DNA of 64,000 nucleotides from Macrostomum lignano (Eukaryota): NCBI GenBank assembly GCA_002269645.1, contig NIVC01000017.1, positions 248,001 to 312,000 of the forward strand, read 5' to 3'. Shown piece by piece: positions 1 to 19,411 of this stretch (position 1 is its first letter; each line of letters starts with the position of its first letter). The notes under the pieces were generated by a model. It saw only the letters and a program-made list of their open reading frames with translations, ran no database searches and was not told where the DNA came from. The position numbers and the translations under genes were made by a program.

Positions 1-16
1 CTTTGTAGTCGAGATT

Positions 17-27
17 CGGCCAATCAG
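17..27 (+). promoter_or_regulatory. CCAAT box upstream of ICA1
   Basis: GGCCAATCAG about 45 nt upstream of the ATG at 69; motif match only. Confidence 0.3.
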
Positions 28-68
28 CATATTTTTCAGTGCGAACTGTCAACGGACTCAAATTTGCT

Positions 69-7117
<7,049 letters not shown>

Positions 7118-7209
7118 ACACTGCCTGGTCTCTCGTTTTATCATCCTATATTCCAGCTCTTGTGCTGCCTGCGTTTTTATTCGGCGTGACCATTTTCTTG
7201 TCCTAAACT

Positions 7210-7695
7210 GGCTTCCCCTTCCCAGGTCCTTCAGTGGGCCGCTGCTTCCCTCTTCCCCCTTCCCAGGTCCTTCAATGAGCCTCTGCTTCCCTCTTCCCCT
7301 TCCCAGGTCCTTCAATGGGCCTCTGCTTCCCTCTTCCCCCTTCCCAGGTCCTTCAATGGGCCGCTGCTTCCCTCTTCGCCCTTCCCAGGTCCTTCAATGA
7401 GCCTCTGCTTCCCTCTTCCCCCTTCCCAGGTCCTTCAATGGGCCGCTGCTTCCCTCTTCCCCCTTCTCAGGTCCTTCAATGGGCCGCTGCTTCCCTCTTC
7501 CTCCTTCCGAGGTCCTTCAATGGGCCGCTGCTTCCCTCTTCCTCCTTCCCAGGTCCTTCAATGGGCCGCTGCTTCCCTCTTCTGCCTTCCCAGGTCCTTC
7601 AATGGGCCGCTGCTTCCCTCTTCCTCCTTCCGAGGTCCTTCAATGGGCCGCTGCTTCCCTCTTCCCCCTTCCGAGGTCCTCAATGAGCCACCTAT
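7210..7695. repeat. 40-41-bp minisatellite downstream of the ICA1 stop (CTTCCCTCTTCCCCCTTCCCAGGTCCTTCAATGGGCCGCTG)
   Basis: About 12 tandem copies. Confidence 0.93.
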
Positions 7696-8589
7696 GCCCA
7701 TACATATCTTAGGTCCTTCAGTGTTGCGTCTCTCAAGTCCCTCTGAACTATTGCTAAGGAAGTCTTCTGGTTCCGTTGAGGCTGTTTTAAAAATTTGCAG
7801 TGAAAAAAGTGTTATTAGAAAATAATGTTTTTTTATAAGCCATGCTTATTGTATGATAGTTAACCGCCAACTTTCTTGCAGCAGGTGAATTGGCTTTGCT
7901 TTTCCTTTTTAAAAAAAAGTTGTTTATTCTTCCAATCTAATACGTTTGTCTTCCTGCCTGTCTGTCCATTATTCGCAGAGCTGTTTTGTTGGCCTTTTCC
8001 AAGAAATCACCAGTTCGCGCCGGCCTGTTTTCGGTTATATTTTGCGCGCATTTTTCTATTATTGTTACTCTTTGTTAATTTGCCTACTGACAGTAGCACA
8101 GTTTGCAACATGTTCCTATTTATTTATTTAGAAATAATGCTGACCATCTGTCAGACCTGTGCATTATGTTTAGTCTAATGCGAATTCTTCAACTCGGCTG
8201 CCCTGACCGCCTCACTGCCGACCATCAGAGGCTAAAAATCGATACTCAATGCTCTCCGCTTATTTCTCACTATCTCTGGCTCAATATTGAAAGTCCTATA
8301 GAAACCTGCGCTTCTTTCTTCCGTTAACATTTCTTTTCTAAGTGCTATCAGAGATTTTATTTGGAATCCATGTGTTTCTTTCTGTGCCAATGGTTTCTAA
8401 CTGGTTGGCCAATGGCCGTTTGTTTTGGCTTTAGTGGAAATATTTTTCTGTAAGCCTACTGCAGAGTGCAGATTCGCCCTCCATCGAATGCGCATTGTCC
8501 TCATTTAGTGCTTATTGTCCCTATTGAGTATACATTGTCCTCATCCAATCTGCGTGCACCATTGACTGCACGTTATATTCCTACATTGT

Positions 8590-9295
8590 TCCCTTAGAAT
8601 GCACATTATTCCCTTAGAATGCACATTATCCACTCAGAATGCACATTTTCCTCTCAGAATGCACATTATCCTCTCAGAATGCACATTATCCTCTCAGAAT
8701 GCACATTTTCCTCTCAGAATGCACATTATCCTCTCAGAATGCACATTATCCTCTCAGAATGCACATTATCCTCTCAGAATGCACATTATCCTTTCAAAAT
8801 GCACATTATCCTCTCAGAATGCACATTATCCTCTCAGAATGCACATTATCCTCTCAGAATGCACATTATCCTCTCAGAATGCACATTATCCTCTCAGAAT
8901 GCACATTATCCTCTCAGAATGCACATTATCCTTTCAAAATGCACATTATACCTTCAGAATGCACATTATCCTCTCAGAATGCACATTTTCCTCTCAGAAT
9001 GCACATTATCCTTTCAAAATGCACATTATACCTTCAGAATGCACATTATCCTCTCAGAATGCACATTGTCCCTTCAGAATGCACATTGTCCCTTCAGAAT
9101 GCACATTATACATTCAGAATGCACATTATCCTCTCAGAATGCACATTATACCTTCAGAATGCACATTATACCTTCAGAATGCACATTATTCCCTCAAAAT
9201 GCACATTATCCTTTCAGAATTCACATTATCCCTTCAGAATGCACATTATCCCTTCAGAATGCACATTATCCCCTTAGAATGCAAACTATCCCCTT
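8590..9295. repeat. 20-bp minisatellite GCACATTATCCTCTCAGAAT
   Basis: About 35 copies; opens all three + frames (MHIILSEC...). Confidence 0.96.
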
Positions 9296-9884
9296 CGACT
9301 GAACGTGCTCATTTTTTCACAATTGCTTTATCATCATCAAGCGGTACAACATTCCCATCAAAAGGTCCAGTGAAAAGTTTTTAAGGTAACTCGCACTAAA
9401 CAGAATTAATTGTGCAAAAATTTCCAACCGTCTAATCTCTGTGATTCCTTCACCATCCGCGACTTGCTCATTCATCTTTGCCGTTCTCTTGTTGCCTGTA
9501 GCTTCTTTATCCGTTTTGAATGATTTTTTGTTCAGTACGAATTTAATTGACAGATTTTGTTGCTTTTCAAGTTGCGTCAGTTTACAAGAGTAATATTAAA
9601 TTTGTGCATGCCAAACTGAGTGCTAGACGAAATTTAAGATTTAAGATTTATACATTAATAATTCCATTAACGCTTCTTTATTAATAAATTAGTGAATTTC
9701 TTTTTCGCTTTCTAAACGTGCAGTTGGGTTTTGCTTTTTGCCTTTGCTTTCGTGTTCAAATTTAATTATTGGTTTGCACTGTGTTAGTTATTTTCATTAG
9801 TAATAGTTTACAATTTGTTGAGGTAAATACTGGTTGATATTGATATGATAAAATACTTAAAATCTGCATTGCGTGACATGAGAT

Positions 9885-10320
9885 CATAGGGATTCGGTAT
9901 TTGGGATCATCGGGATTCGGTATTTGGGATCATCGGGATTCGGTTATTTGGGATCATCGGGATTCGGTATTGGGGATCATCGGGATTCGGTTATTTGGGA
10001 TCATCGGGATTCGGTATTGGGGATCATCGGGATTCGGTTATTTGGGATCATCGGGATTCGGTATTTGGGATAATCGGGATTCGGTTATTTGGGATCATGG
10101 GGATTCGGTATTTGGGATAATCGGGATTCGGTATTTGGGATAATCGGGATTCGGTTATTTGGGATCATGGGGATTCGGTATTTGGGATAATCGGGATTCG
10201 GTTATTTGGGATCATGGGGATTCGGTTATTTGGGATCATCGGGATTCGGTATTTGGGATAATCGGGATTCGGTATTTGGGATAATCGGGATTCGGTTGTT
10301 TGGGATCATAGGGATTTGGT
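9885..10320. repeat. 23/24-bp minisatellite TTCGGT(T)ATTTGGGATCATCGGGA
   Basis: About 18 tandem copies. Confidence 0.94.
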
Positions 10321-10697
10321 ATTAGCAATCGAAATTTGGTTTAAAATCAAGATTTAATCATTCGAAACAGATTATTCGTAGTGTTCAGTCATTCGGTTAT
10401 CTCGCATGGTCCTTACTTTATACGAGCTTTCATGAATTCAGCTTTTCAGATTGGGCTTTTAACTTGCCAGCTGGCGCGTTGCAGAGCGACTGGTTCGGTG
10501 ACAATTTTAACATTTCTTAGCCAGAAGAAGCATTCCGCATAGTAGATCTCTTCAAAAAAATGAGATCCGTGTTACCCGTGTATTTTTCGAGCTCAAACTG
10601 CGCTCTCGTTGCTATGAAAGCTACTTATTTGTCATCTGTCTTTTATTGGGGTTCGGCATTCAAATTTTGTTGATTTGATGAGGCATGCAGCTGTTGC

Positions 10698-11398
10698 TCA
10701 GCCTCGCTTGCCATCGAAAATCGGCCGCGCCCTGACCAGAGTGTCCAGCAGTCGCTTGCGCCGGTGGCCGCCGCCAACCGTGTCAGTGTGGCGCTTGCCC
10801 ATGTGGATGATGTCGGGCGCGATCAGGGGGCGCAGGTTGCTGTAGACGGCCAGGCTCTTCTTGTAGTTGGATCGCTTCCTGCGACGTCCGTCGTAGTTGG
10901 TGTTCATGCCGATGATTCGGGTCCAATCGGGCATGTCTCGCTTGCGTCGGCCGTCTGGCAGGACGTCCAGATCCAGCGGCAGGTTGGGCGGGAAATAGGC
11001 CGCCCGGCGGATGGGGCTGTTGCCGCGCGATTCCACCTCCATTATCTTCAGGAGCCGTTCCAGCTCGCTGATGCTGCCGCCTCTCTTGCGCCGGCCGTCC
11101 GGCAGCACATCAAGGTTCACCAGGCGCTCCAAGGCTGCGGCCCGTTTGCGCTGGCCATCGTAGTGCACTTCCTGATCGATGAAGGACTGAATCAGCGACT
11201 GCAGCAGGTACTCTCTTCTGTCTAGGGCGGAATGCGACGGGCTCGCCTGCAATTTGTACAACAGAGGGGCCATTCAAGTGAAGCTGCAATTGGCCATTTT
11301 AAATTGCCACTGATGCAGAACCAGATGCTTACCATGGTTTCCTGAATAGCGAATGCCGCCAGCATCACTTGGAGCAGCAGTAGGGGGCCTGAGATCAT
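10698..11398 (-). CDS. Neuropeptide prohormone, 204 aa, 2 exons (11398-11333, 11246-10698), releasing several predicted C-terminally amidated peptides
   Basis: Exon 1 encodes a hydrophobic signal peptide MISGPLLLLQVMLAAFAIQETM. An 86-nt intron (gtaagc...ttgcag, phase 0) joins it to ASPSH.... Repeated G + polybasic sites: LDVLPDG-RRKR x2, NYDG-RRRKR, IHMG-KR, IFDG-KR, HYDGQ-RKR. Confidence 0.85.
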
Positions 11399-12856
11399 GT
11401 TGCAGCTTCTACGGGCTTCAGTGGTTTGGAATTGAGACCGACTCTCTGTGTCTGCAGCAGCTTGTTCTGCAAAAAATGTTCTCTGCGAGGACTCCGGGTT
11501 CTCGGACTGGACCGGCGCATTTATACAGCCGAGCTTGAGTGCGCTGCGTTGCTCAACAGCTTCTCGACTGGATCTTTTGACAGCGAGCCGAGTCGATGCT
11601 TGCATCTTCAATAATTCATGCTGGCTCGATTGTTAAAACGGGAAAGACGCTCTTTGCGATGTTTGCTAGGACAAGAATAAGCACGACTTCAAACTTCAAG
11701 CAAACTCCCCGTCGTAATGGCAGCCAGTACACCGGGAACTTTTATGCCAGAAATTGACCGTAGGTTCTTCGTGGTTTCATTATGCTCGTTTGCAGCACAA
11801 ATTAAAATGATTCAAATTAAAATGAGTGCCTTGCCTTCGTTAAAATTTCATTTAATCAAATTATCATTTTATCATTATTGTTCATTTGGACCCATTCAAA
11901 AACTAAAATTTAGTCTTTTGATGACTTTTTGCTTTCTTCTTGGTTGGCAGTTAGAAGATGAGCCACCGATCTTAACAAGGAGAAAATGACAAGGGCAAAC
12001 ACTTGTTGAATAATTTAGTTGTAAAACAGTTTCTGTTCCGGTCCAAATTTGTCAATCATTTCCTTTTTAGGTCGTGCAGACATGGAGAAGGCTTTTAGCG
12101 TGAATCCACAGCGCATGGGCGAACCAGTTTTATCTTGAAGACGTAGAAGACCTTGAAGAGTTGAAAAGCTACTTTTTATCTCCTCGTCCCATGCTGCAGT
12201 CTGCAGATTTCTGTGTGCATCATATTTGGATATTTTACTGGTTTTTTTGCGTGTGCGAAATATTTTTATTCGCAACTTTCCCACAGACTACTATATAAGA
12301 GTCGTTTACCCTAAATTACATGTAGACAAACTACATTTCGACGAGTTTCTGGAGCCCGGGCTACATCAAATTGAATAATCAGTCTCCAATAAAATTTGTA
12401 TGCTTTGTGCGTCCTTCTATTTAGATCGTAAGTAGTCCGCGGTGATCTTTCCTTGCACAAGCTGTTACGAGTATAAACATCTACGTACTGTGTTGGAAGC
12501 AAATATATAAAATTCCTATAGCGTCGCGTCCGATATGTAGTGGAAGTAAATTTAACCGAGAGTACGAGCTCATGAAGGAATTGCTGAAAGTTCAATGCTC
12601 ACGGGGAGTTGCTGAAATGCTACGGCTCATGAGGGGATTGCTGAAATTCTGTGCATGGCTCACAGGAGGAATTGCTAATGTCAACGCTCGTGTGGGGAGT
12701 TTCTGGGATGATTGAGACTCACCGGGGATTGGCGCTGAAGTGTTGTGGTCATAGGGCCGGGAATTGCTGAGATGTCAAGGCTCATGAGGGAATTTTTTAG
12801 GCCAAGCATCGAAGGGAGAATAGGCCGGGGTTGACGTTAAGTCATGCATGGCTTAA

Positions 12857-15750
12857 CAGTAGAAAGACCATGGGGGTGTATTTCAAATACACATATTTCA
12901 CTTTGTCTGGCTCTCCAAAAATATTCAACTGATTGCCATGAAAATCCAGAACACTGGCTAAAATTTTCCGCTCTATTCGATGAAGCAACTTTGAGAATCA
13001 CGAAAAATCGGCATCGTCGAGATATTCAACAATTCTCCTCGGGGTGTCTGGTGGCAAAAACCACCAACATTGGCAAATTTTTTCTGCTCACAAAATCTCA
13101 TCATGAAACCACGTCGGCTCAACAAACTATGCATATCAGTCGTAGGGACTTTTACTCTCAGCATCCCAGGCAACAGGGTCCCCTTCATCACCGTCTGGAG
13201 CATCGGCGGCGACCGTCGGGACCTTCAACAAAAGCACCCGATCGGTATCTCAGAGACGGCTGCGTTCCCAAAACTGAAATGGAAGAATCCGCTTCTGTAT
13301 GCAGCATTCAGTCAGTAGACACAATCGGTGAATGAAATGGACGATGGCGACCCTCTAGGCTGACCTGTAGACCTACAGGCGACCTTCAACGTTATGGCAC
13401 CACGCGGCCCTGACGAGCTGGCACCCCCAACATCGTGATTTTTCTATCAAGGCACCAAACCAGGCATGTCTGCATATTATACAGTGCTTTTGCACCATGT
13501 TAAATTCGAAACTGCCGAACATCGTCAGCGGACTGCCGCAACGGACAAGCTCTACGGCATCCGACGCCTGTAGATCAGCTGCGCCATCCTGCTCTTTCCG
13601 GGCCGTACCTCTGCGTCGACGAAACTCTGGTTGTCTACTGGCGTGTGGACTGTGACTTCACGGTCTTTCTGAAGGAGAAGCCCGATCGCAATGGTGCCAA
13701 GCTGTTCCTGCTGACATCGGCTGGGAATCCAAAGATTCAGGATGACATGGACATGTGTTCAATGCGGAAATCTGCACTGGCAAAGGAACACTGCTGTCCA
13801 TTACTTTTGCATCACAGGAATCCGATGCTCGGTTGGCCAAGGGCTCAGAGGTGTGGAGTGGTGAGCAAGTTGTTTGCCGCTTGGCTGATCCATTCAGATG
13901 ACACTGGTACAGGAAATGGGATTCACGTTTCTTGGAACAGTGATGCGCAGTCGTGGTGGCCTGCTAGCCGATCTCAAGAATTCAACTCAAAACGTGGCTC
14001 CACACACGAGCGAATTCCGGTTTTCTGAGGAGCTCATGTGTGTGTACTACTGCCCCAAGGCGGGCCGAAACGGGATGTTGCTGTTCACTACGAGCTATGC
14101 ATCACGACAGACAATTGCTTCCCAATGGCAAGCCTGTAGCAATAGGCACGTACTACAATTCTACCTAGAGTGGCACGGACACCTGCAACAGGATGTTCCG
14201 CACATCCGACTGCAAGCGAAAGTCCGACTCATGCGAGAAGGCAATTTTCTCCGGCGGCATACTCAACATAGCAGCTGTGAATGCCGCCGCTACCTGGAGA
14301 CTTTGCGCCTTGCCGAACTATCGCAACGAGTTCCAGCGCAAGGCAGCTGCGCAACTTCTCCAACCTCTGATCGAGGAGCGCTAGCAATCGGCCGCTCTTC
14401 TTCAGAATCTGTCCAATCATCACCGGCTGATGTTCCAGCTCGCAGGTTGTCAAATCAACGACGAGCAAATGAAGGAACAGGCACGCGAAGCGGCGGCTGT
14501 GGTGTCAGTTGGTGGCAGAAAGCGCTGTGCAACATGCGCGAGACAAAAGTCAAAGGACGAGAAGCGTGCCTTGAGTGCAACAACAAGGAAGCGTTGCGTG
14601 TGTGACGAAGGAACTTGCCGAAGACACACTGCGATGGAAGAGACAGTGAGTCACCATTACTGCGCACATTGTGCACCAAAGTAAATAGTGACAATTGACT
14701 CCACTTTTGTTCCTATGTCGGTGTTCAGGTCCTTCTGCTCTGAATTTGCTGTAATATCATTTTAGACATGCTGTAATATCATTTTTGACATGCTGTAATA
14801 TCATTTTTGACATGCTGTAATATCATTTTTGACAATTTAAATATTTTATATTTTTCGGTCGCCAATTAAATCTGTAACTCTCCGATTTACAACAACAACA
14901 GCAGCACCTGCACCGGCTGTGGGCAGTACGACTCGGCGCGGATGAGATGGCCTGCGAGCTGGAGTCGCCGACGGCGCAGTAGATCGCTTGGACGTGGCAG
15001 GCCAGCGCGGCGATAGAGTGCCGCGTTGGTGACTCGCTCGACGCCGATGTTGAAGGTGTCAGTTGCACCAGCTCCGATTTAACATGGTCCAAAAGCACTG
15101 TATAATATGCAGACATGCCTGGTTTGGTGCCTTGATAGAAAAATCACAATGTTGGGGGTGCCAGCTCGTCAGAGCCGCGCGGTGGCACTCCGTTGAAGGT
15201 CCCGAAGGTCGCCTGTAGGTCTACAGGTCAGCCTAGAGGGTCGCCATCGTCCATTTCATTCACCGATTGTGTCTACTGACTGAATGCTGCATACAGAAGC
15301 GGATTCTTCCATTTCAGTTTTAGGAACGCAGCCGTCTCTGAGATACCGATCGGGTGCTTTTGTTGAAGGTCCCGACGGTCGCCGCCGATGCTCCAGACGG
15401 TGATGAAGTGGACCCTGGTGCCTGGGATGCTGAGAACAAAGGCCTATACGACAGATTGACCCAGATTATTGAGCCAATATAGATTCACTATAAAGGTTTA
15501 TACAGTGTAGTGTTGGTTGTCCTTGCCACCCGTGTCTTCGACAAGAATCGTTGAATATCTCGAAGATGCTGACGTCGGATGACTTTGAAAGTTAGTTTGT
15601 GGGAAAGGGCGGAAAAATTTGATCCATATGGTGAACTTTGGTGAAAATCGGTAATTCGGTTTGCGAGCTATCGTGAAATGGGTCGTGTGTATTTGTAATA
15701 CACCCCCGTGGTCTTTCCCCATGGGGAAAAATAGCGTGGTCTTTCTACTG
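12857..15750 (+). mobile_element. Degenerate piggyBac DNA transposon (about 2.9 kb) with TTAA target-site duplication
   Basis: TTAA at 12853-12856 and 15751-15754; perfect 14-bp TIR CAGTAGAAAGACCA. Frameshifted transposase motifs: MSAYY..HVKF..TDKLYGIRRL, CVDETLV..FLKEKPDRNGAKLF, GFTFLGTVMRSRGGLLADLK..YYCPK, GGILNIAAVNA, and a C-terminal Cys-rich domain (RKRCATC..CVCDEGTCRRH..YCAHC, to 14684). 22-bp x4 repeat near 14753-14834. Confidence 0.9.
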
Positions 15751-15903
15751 TTAAAGGGAGGCTTTGATGTAGTACATGTTGAAGGGGTGGTGATAACAGT
15801 GACAACGTAATATGCTATAATATACGTTTGCTTTCGGGGCTGATACTGATTTGTTTCTACGTATAGCGAATGCATGCATAATGGTCAAATGTATACATGT
15901 AGT

Positions 15904-16516
15904 CAGGGGCGTCGCCATTGGATGGGGGAGCTGACAAAGCCAAAGAATTCTACATGTACATGTACATGTATCAATACATGAATGCCTAGATTCCAAAATT
16001 TGTAGATTATTTTCAGAATCGCTGTTGTCAGCACTCATTTCAGCGCAGCAGGCACTCATTTCAGCGCAGCAGGCACTCATTTTAGCGCAGCAGGCACTCA
16101 TTTCAGCGCAGCAGGCACTCATTTTAGCGCAGCAGGCATTCATTTCAGCGCAGCAGGCACTCATTTCAGCGCAGCAGGCACTCATTTCAGCGCAGCAGGC
16201 ACTCATTTTAGCGCAGCAGGCACTCATTTCAGCGCAGCAGGCACTCATTTTAGCGCAGCAGGCACTCATTTCAGCGCAGCAGGCACTCATTTTAGCGCAG
16301 CAGGCACTCATTTCAGCGCAGCAGGCACTCATTTTAGCGCCGCAGACACTAATTTTGGCGCCGCAGGCGCTATGTTTCGTCGCCCTGCAGCAAAATTATT
16401 GATTTCCATAACGGGTCATAAGGTGGGGTAAGGGGGGCAAAAAGCATTGGCATGCCCCCCCCCATATCTTTTACTTGGGGGGGGGGGACATCCCCCTGTC
16501 CCCCCCGGTGGCGACG
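15904..16516. mobile_element. Possible hAT-like MITE relic enclosing a 21-bp minisatellite
   Basis: Left end CAGGGGCGTCGCCA; right end only TGGCGACG (8 of 14 nt); G/C-run subterminal tracts at 16430-16508. Confidence 0.35.
16029..16345. repeat. 21-bp minisatellite GCACTCATTTYAGCGCAGCAG
   Basis: About 15 copies; gives the spurious MSACCAE/ALISAQQ ORFs. Confidence 0.95.
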
Positions 16517-17394
16517 GGTCTACGAAGTTTGCCTGCCGGACGTTTGCCAGCCGGACATTTGCAGGCGGCAATTGGTTAAAGAAGTATGCCCTCTCTAGAC
16601 TTACATGTACTTGCGTTTGAAAACTGTGGACACAGCACTAATATAATTCCACCTCGCTCCCTACTACTGCTATTAAATATACAGGTTACTAAAAAACTAA
16701 TGTTCAGGCTTATTGAAATTATTGCTCTTGTCTGCCTAAATAGGAAGGTAGGGTAAAAATACAAAATAGGAGTTTCCATTGTCACAGTTGATGTCTATGT
16801 ATGCCATGGAATGGCCCTTTCCATCTCAGTGGCCAAACAAGCTAAGTGTTTACAAGCTAAATGGGAAAAGACTGAGTCATCCATAATGGTAATGGCTTAG
16901 TCTCGCCTTATACTTAACTCAAAAGCCAAACTCTGCTTAACTCTGCTGAGTTTGGCCATGACAGCGTGCACTTGACAAGCTGCATTGGAATTACGGCTCG
17001 TAATTCGCTTACTTTTGGATCTCCCAATGAACTGGGAAATATATAAGCCAGAATTATCGTTCAGCAGTTCTTTTATTTGCTCAAAACTTGGCTCGCTGGA
17101 GATTGCCGTTTAAATTTGCGCGTCTTCATTCGCAAATCAAAAATCAAACATCTCAAACTGGGGAAAGCAATACAAAGCTGTTCGTAGAAGTAAAAACTTT
17201 ATAATATTTTCACATTTAAAGAAATTGTTGTTAGACTAGATGTTAGTTGATGAACTGCATAATTTGTATAGATTTTGTTTTCGAACTTTTATACATGCGA
17301 ATAACCGCAAAATGTTGGACTAAAACCGGTTTTTTTTAAACCGCTAAAATTTCGAATATTTCAGTATCAAAATTTCCACTCACTGACTTAATGT

Positions 17395-17690
17395 TGGCTG
17401 GCAAACGTCGGCTAGCAAACGTCGGCTGGCAAACGTCGGCTGGCAAACGTCGGCTGGCAAAAGTCTCGCAGGCATGACGTCCCACAGGCAAAACGTCGGC
17501 TGGCAAACGTCCCGCAGGCAAACGTCGGCTGGCAAACATCGGCTGGCAAACGTCGGCTGGCAAACGTCGGCTGGCAAACGTCGGCTGGCAAAAGTCTCGC
17601 AGGCATGACGTCCCACATGCAGGCAAACGTCGGCTGGCAAACGTCCCGCTGGCAAACGTCGGCTGGCAAACGTCCTGCAGGCAAACATCG
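17395..17690. repeat. 14-bp repeat GGCAAACGTCGGCT with interspersed variants
   Basis: Tandem copies; a short inverted related tract lies at about 16525-16570. Confidence 0.88.
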
Positions 17691-18178
17691 CTATCCCGGT
17701 GGCTGGTGGCGAAGTCCCCTGCATGTACCTTATATTAAAAGAATTTATTCCTTTCGTATTTTTTTGCCTCCCGACTGGACGAAGATTTTTAGCACGAGCT
17801 AAACTCGTGCTAAAAGCCAAAATCTTGCTTGGCTTTGCCGGTTGCAAACTGTTACACCACTGGCACTTTCTGTGTTGCACCTTTACGCGCTACTCGACAT
17901 TGCTGCGCAGGCTGAAATTCAATGTATAAGTACACTCGTACACTGTCCATGCATGACTATGAGTACACATGCCCGTTGAGATACATGTACTATACAATTT
18001 CATATACAAATATGTCAAGGACACAACCTTATGCACATGTGTGTACCCATGGACAGTATTTATGCATTCAACTGCAATAAAACCAACCAGCTGTAGTTCA
18101 ATTGATACACAAACGGTTATATAGACCATTATATACGTCAGCGGTCATACAGACACACATTGAAATCATATATATATA

Positions 18179-18603
18179 ATATAGTATTTGTCATGCTATC
18201 TCAGCCTAGAGACATCCAAACTCAGCCAGCCCATCTCGACAGTGCGATTTTTTACGTAAGCCAGTCAAGTTTTACCATAGACATGCTTCTTAAGGCCATG
18301 CTATCTCAGCCTGGGACATGCAATCTCAGCGTTGTTGCGTACCCTTACTGACTTTTCTTGCTGCGTTCATTCATTGCTGTTTGTTGCCATTTCATGTCAC
18401 GTTATAGAAATGATAGCATTGAGATCTGTTTGCAATTGAAATCTATATTGGCTGAGATTGCATGTCCCAGGCTGAGATAGCATGGCCTTAAGAAGCATGT
18501 CTATGGTAAAAGTCGACTAGCTCGAGCCAAAAAAACGCATTGCGGAATGGGACTGGCTGAGTTTGGATGTCTCTAGGCTGAGATAGCATGACAAATACTA
18601 TAT
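18179..18603. mobile_element. Foldback/MITE with about 150-bp inverted arms in a TA-rich site
   Basis: Arm 18179-18330 is the reverse complement of 18451-18603 (ATATAGTATTTGTCATGCTATCTCAGCC..., with a diverged middle); each arm has an internal direct repeat CATGCTATCTCAGCCT. Confidence 0.85.
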
Positions 18604-19411
18604 ATGTTTGTAATTTTTTTCTGAAGCAGCATTTCGTCGTGCTGCCACGCAGGCGTCAGCACGACCATCAAGTGCCGGAAATTTTACTACTAGCAAGGGT
18701 TAGGGTTAGGTTTGACAGCCAATTCATATTTATGCGTTCGTTCTCCAAAGACTAGAGAATAAGCTTAAAAAGTTATATTACGATATAGAAATGGAAACGT
18801 CGTCGTAAAGCACGTTTTCAAACACGTTGCTTCTTTGCTGCAAATTGATCGTCTTCCAATGAATGGAGTTTGAGATTGAGATTGGGATCCTGTCAGACCT
18901 TTATTATATAGTACTTTTATTTTAAATAACTAAAGGATTCTTGAAGTTAAAATTCATAAGTGTAATTAGTAGAGTCTATAAACTATGAGTTATATAATTT
19001 GGCTATAATTTGATTTAAAATATCCATTATCCTATAGCTATAAATAAAAACTTGATGGCTATATAATCTGTCACAACATTTAGAAAATCTTTAGGCTATA
19101 ATGCTACCTTTCAAAATGATGCTATAACTTTGGAATTATATATAGGCCCCTATATATAATTCCAAATAGCCCATATTCCAAAGCCCCTATATATAGCCCC
19201 CTGTACACTGTGTACAGTAGTACAGCCCTATAGTTTAGCACAATGACAAACTGTAAGCATAGTGAAAGCTAGCACATTAAGTGCATTAAGCTTCAAAATT
19301 CAAACATTGAAAGCATAAAAAATGTTTTTTTGAATAGTTGAACCACTTCCAAAATCATTGTTTTTTCATTGTTCAAAATTTTATATATAGTAGGCCTAGG
19401 GCCTAGGCCCC

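Noticed and set aside
8599-9384. Long ORFs over minisatellites (also 434-1093 tail, 15751-16402, 21943-22645, 26385-26966, 28907-29848, 30524-31501, 34851-35524, 36688-37126, 47471-48032)
   Set aside because: Open frames are a by-product of stop-free repeat units, often in several frames and on both strands, and most lie inside introns of well-supported genes.
10698-11273. ORF-track start MAPLLYKLQ for the neuropeptide
   Set aside because: That ATG is intronic with an in-frame TGA just upstream; the spliced signal-peptide exon gives a better model.
12015-12800. Short ORFs and degenerate ~28-bp repeats upstream of the piggyBac as a further transposon or gene
   Set aside because: No recognisable motif and outside the TTAA boundary.
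18695-18712. Telomere or interstitial telomeric site (GGGTTAGGGTTAGG)
   Set aside because: Only about 2 units; too short to support.
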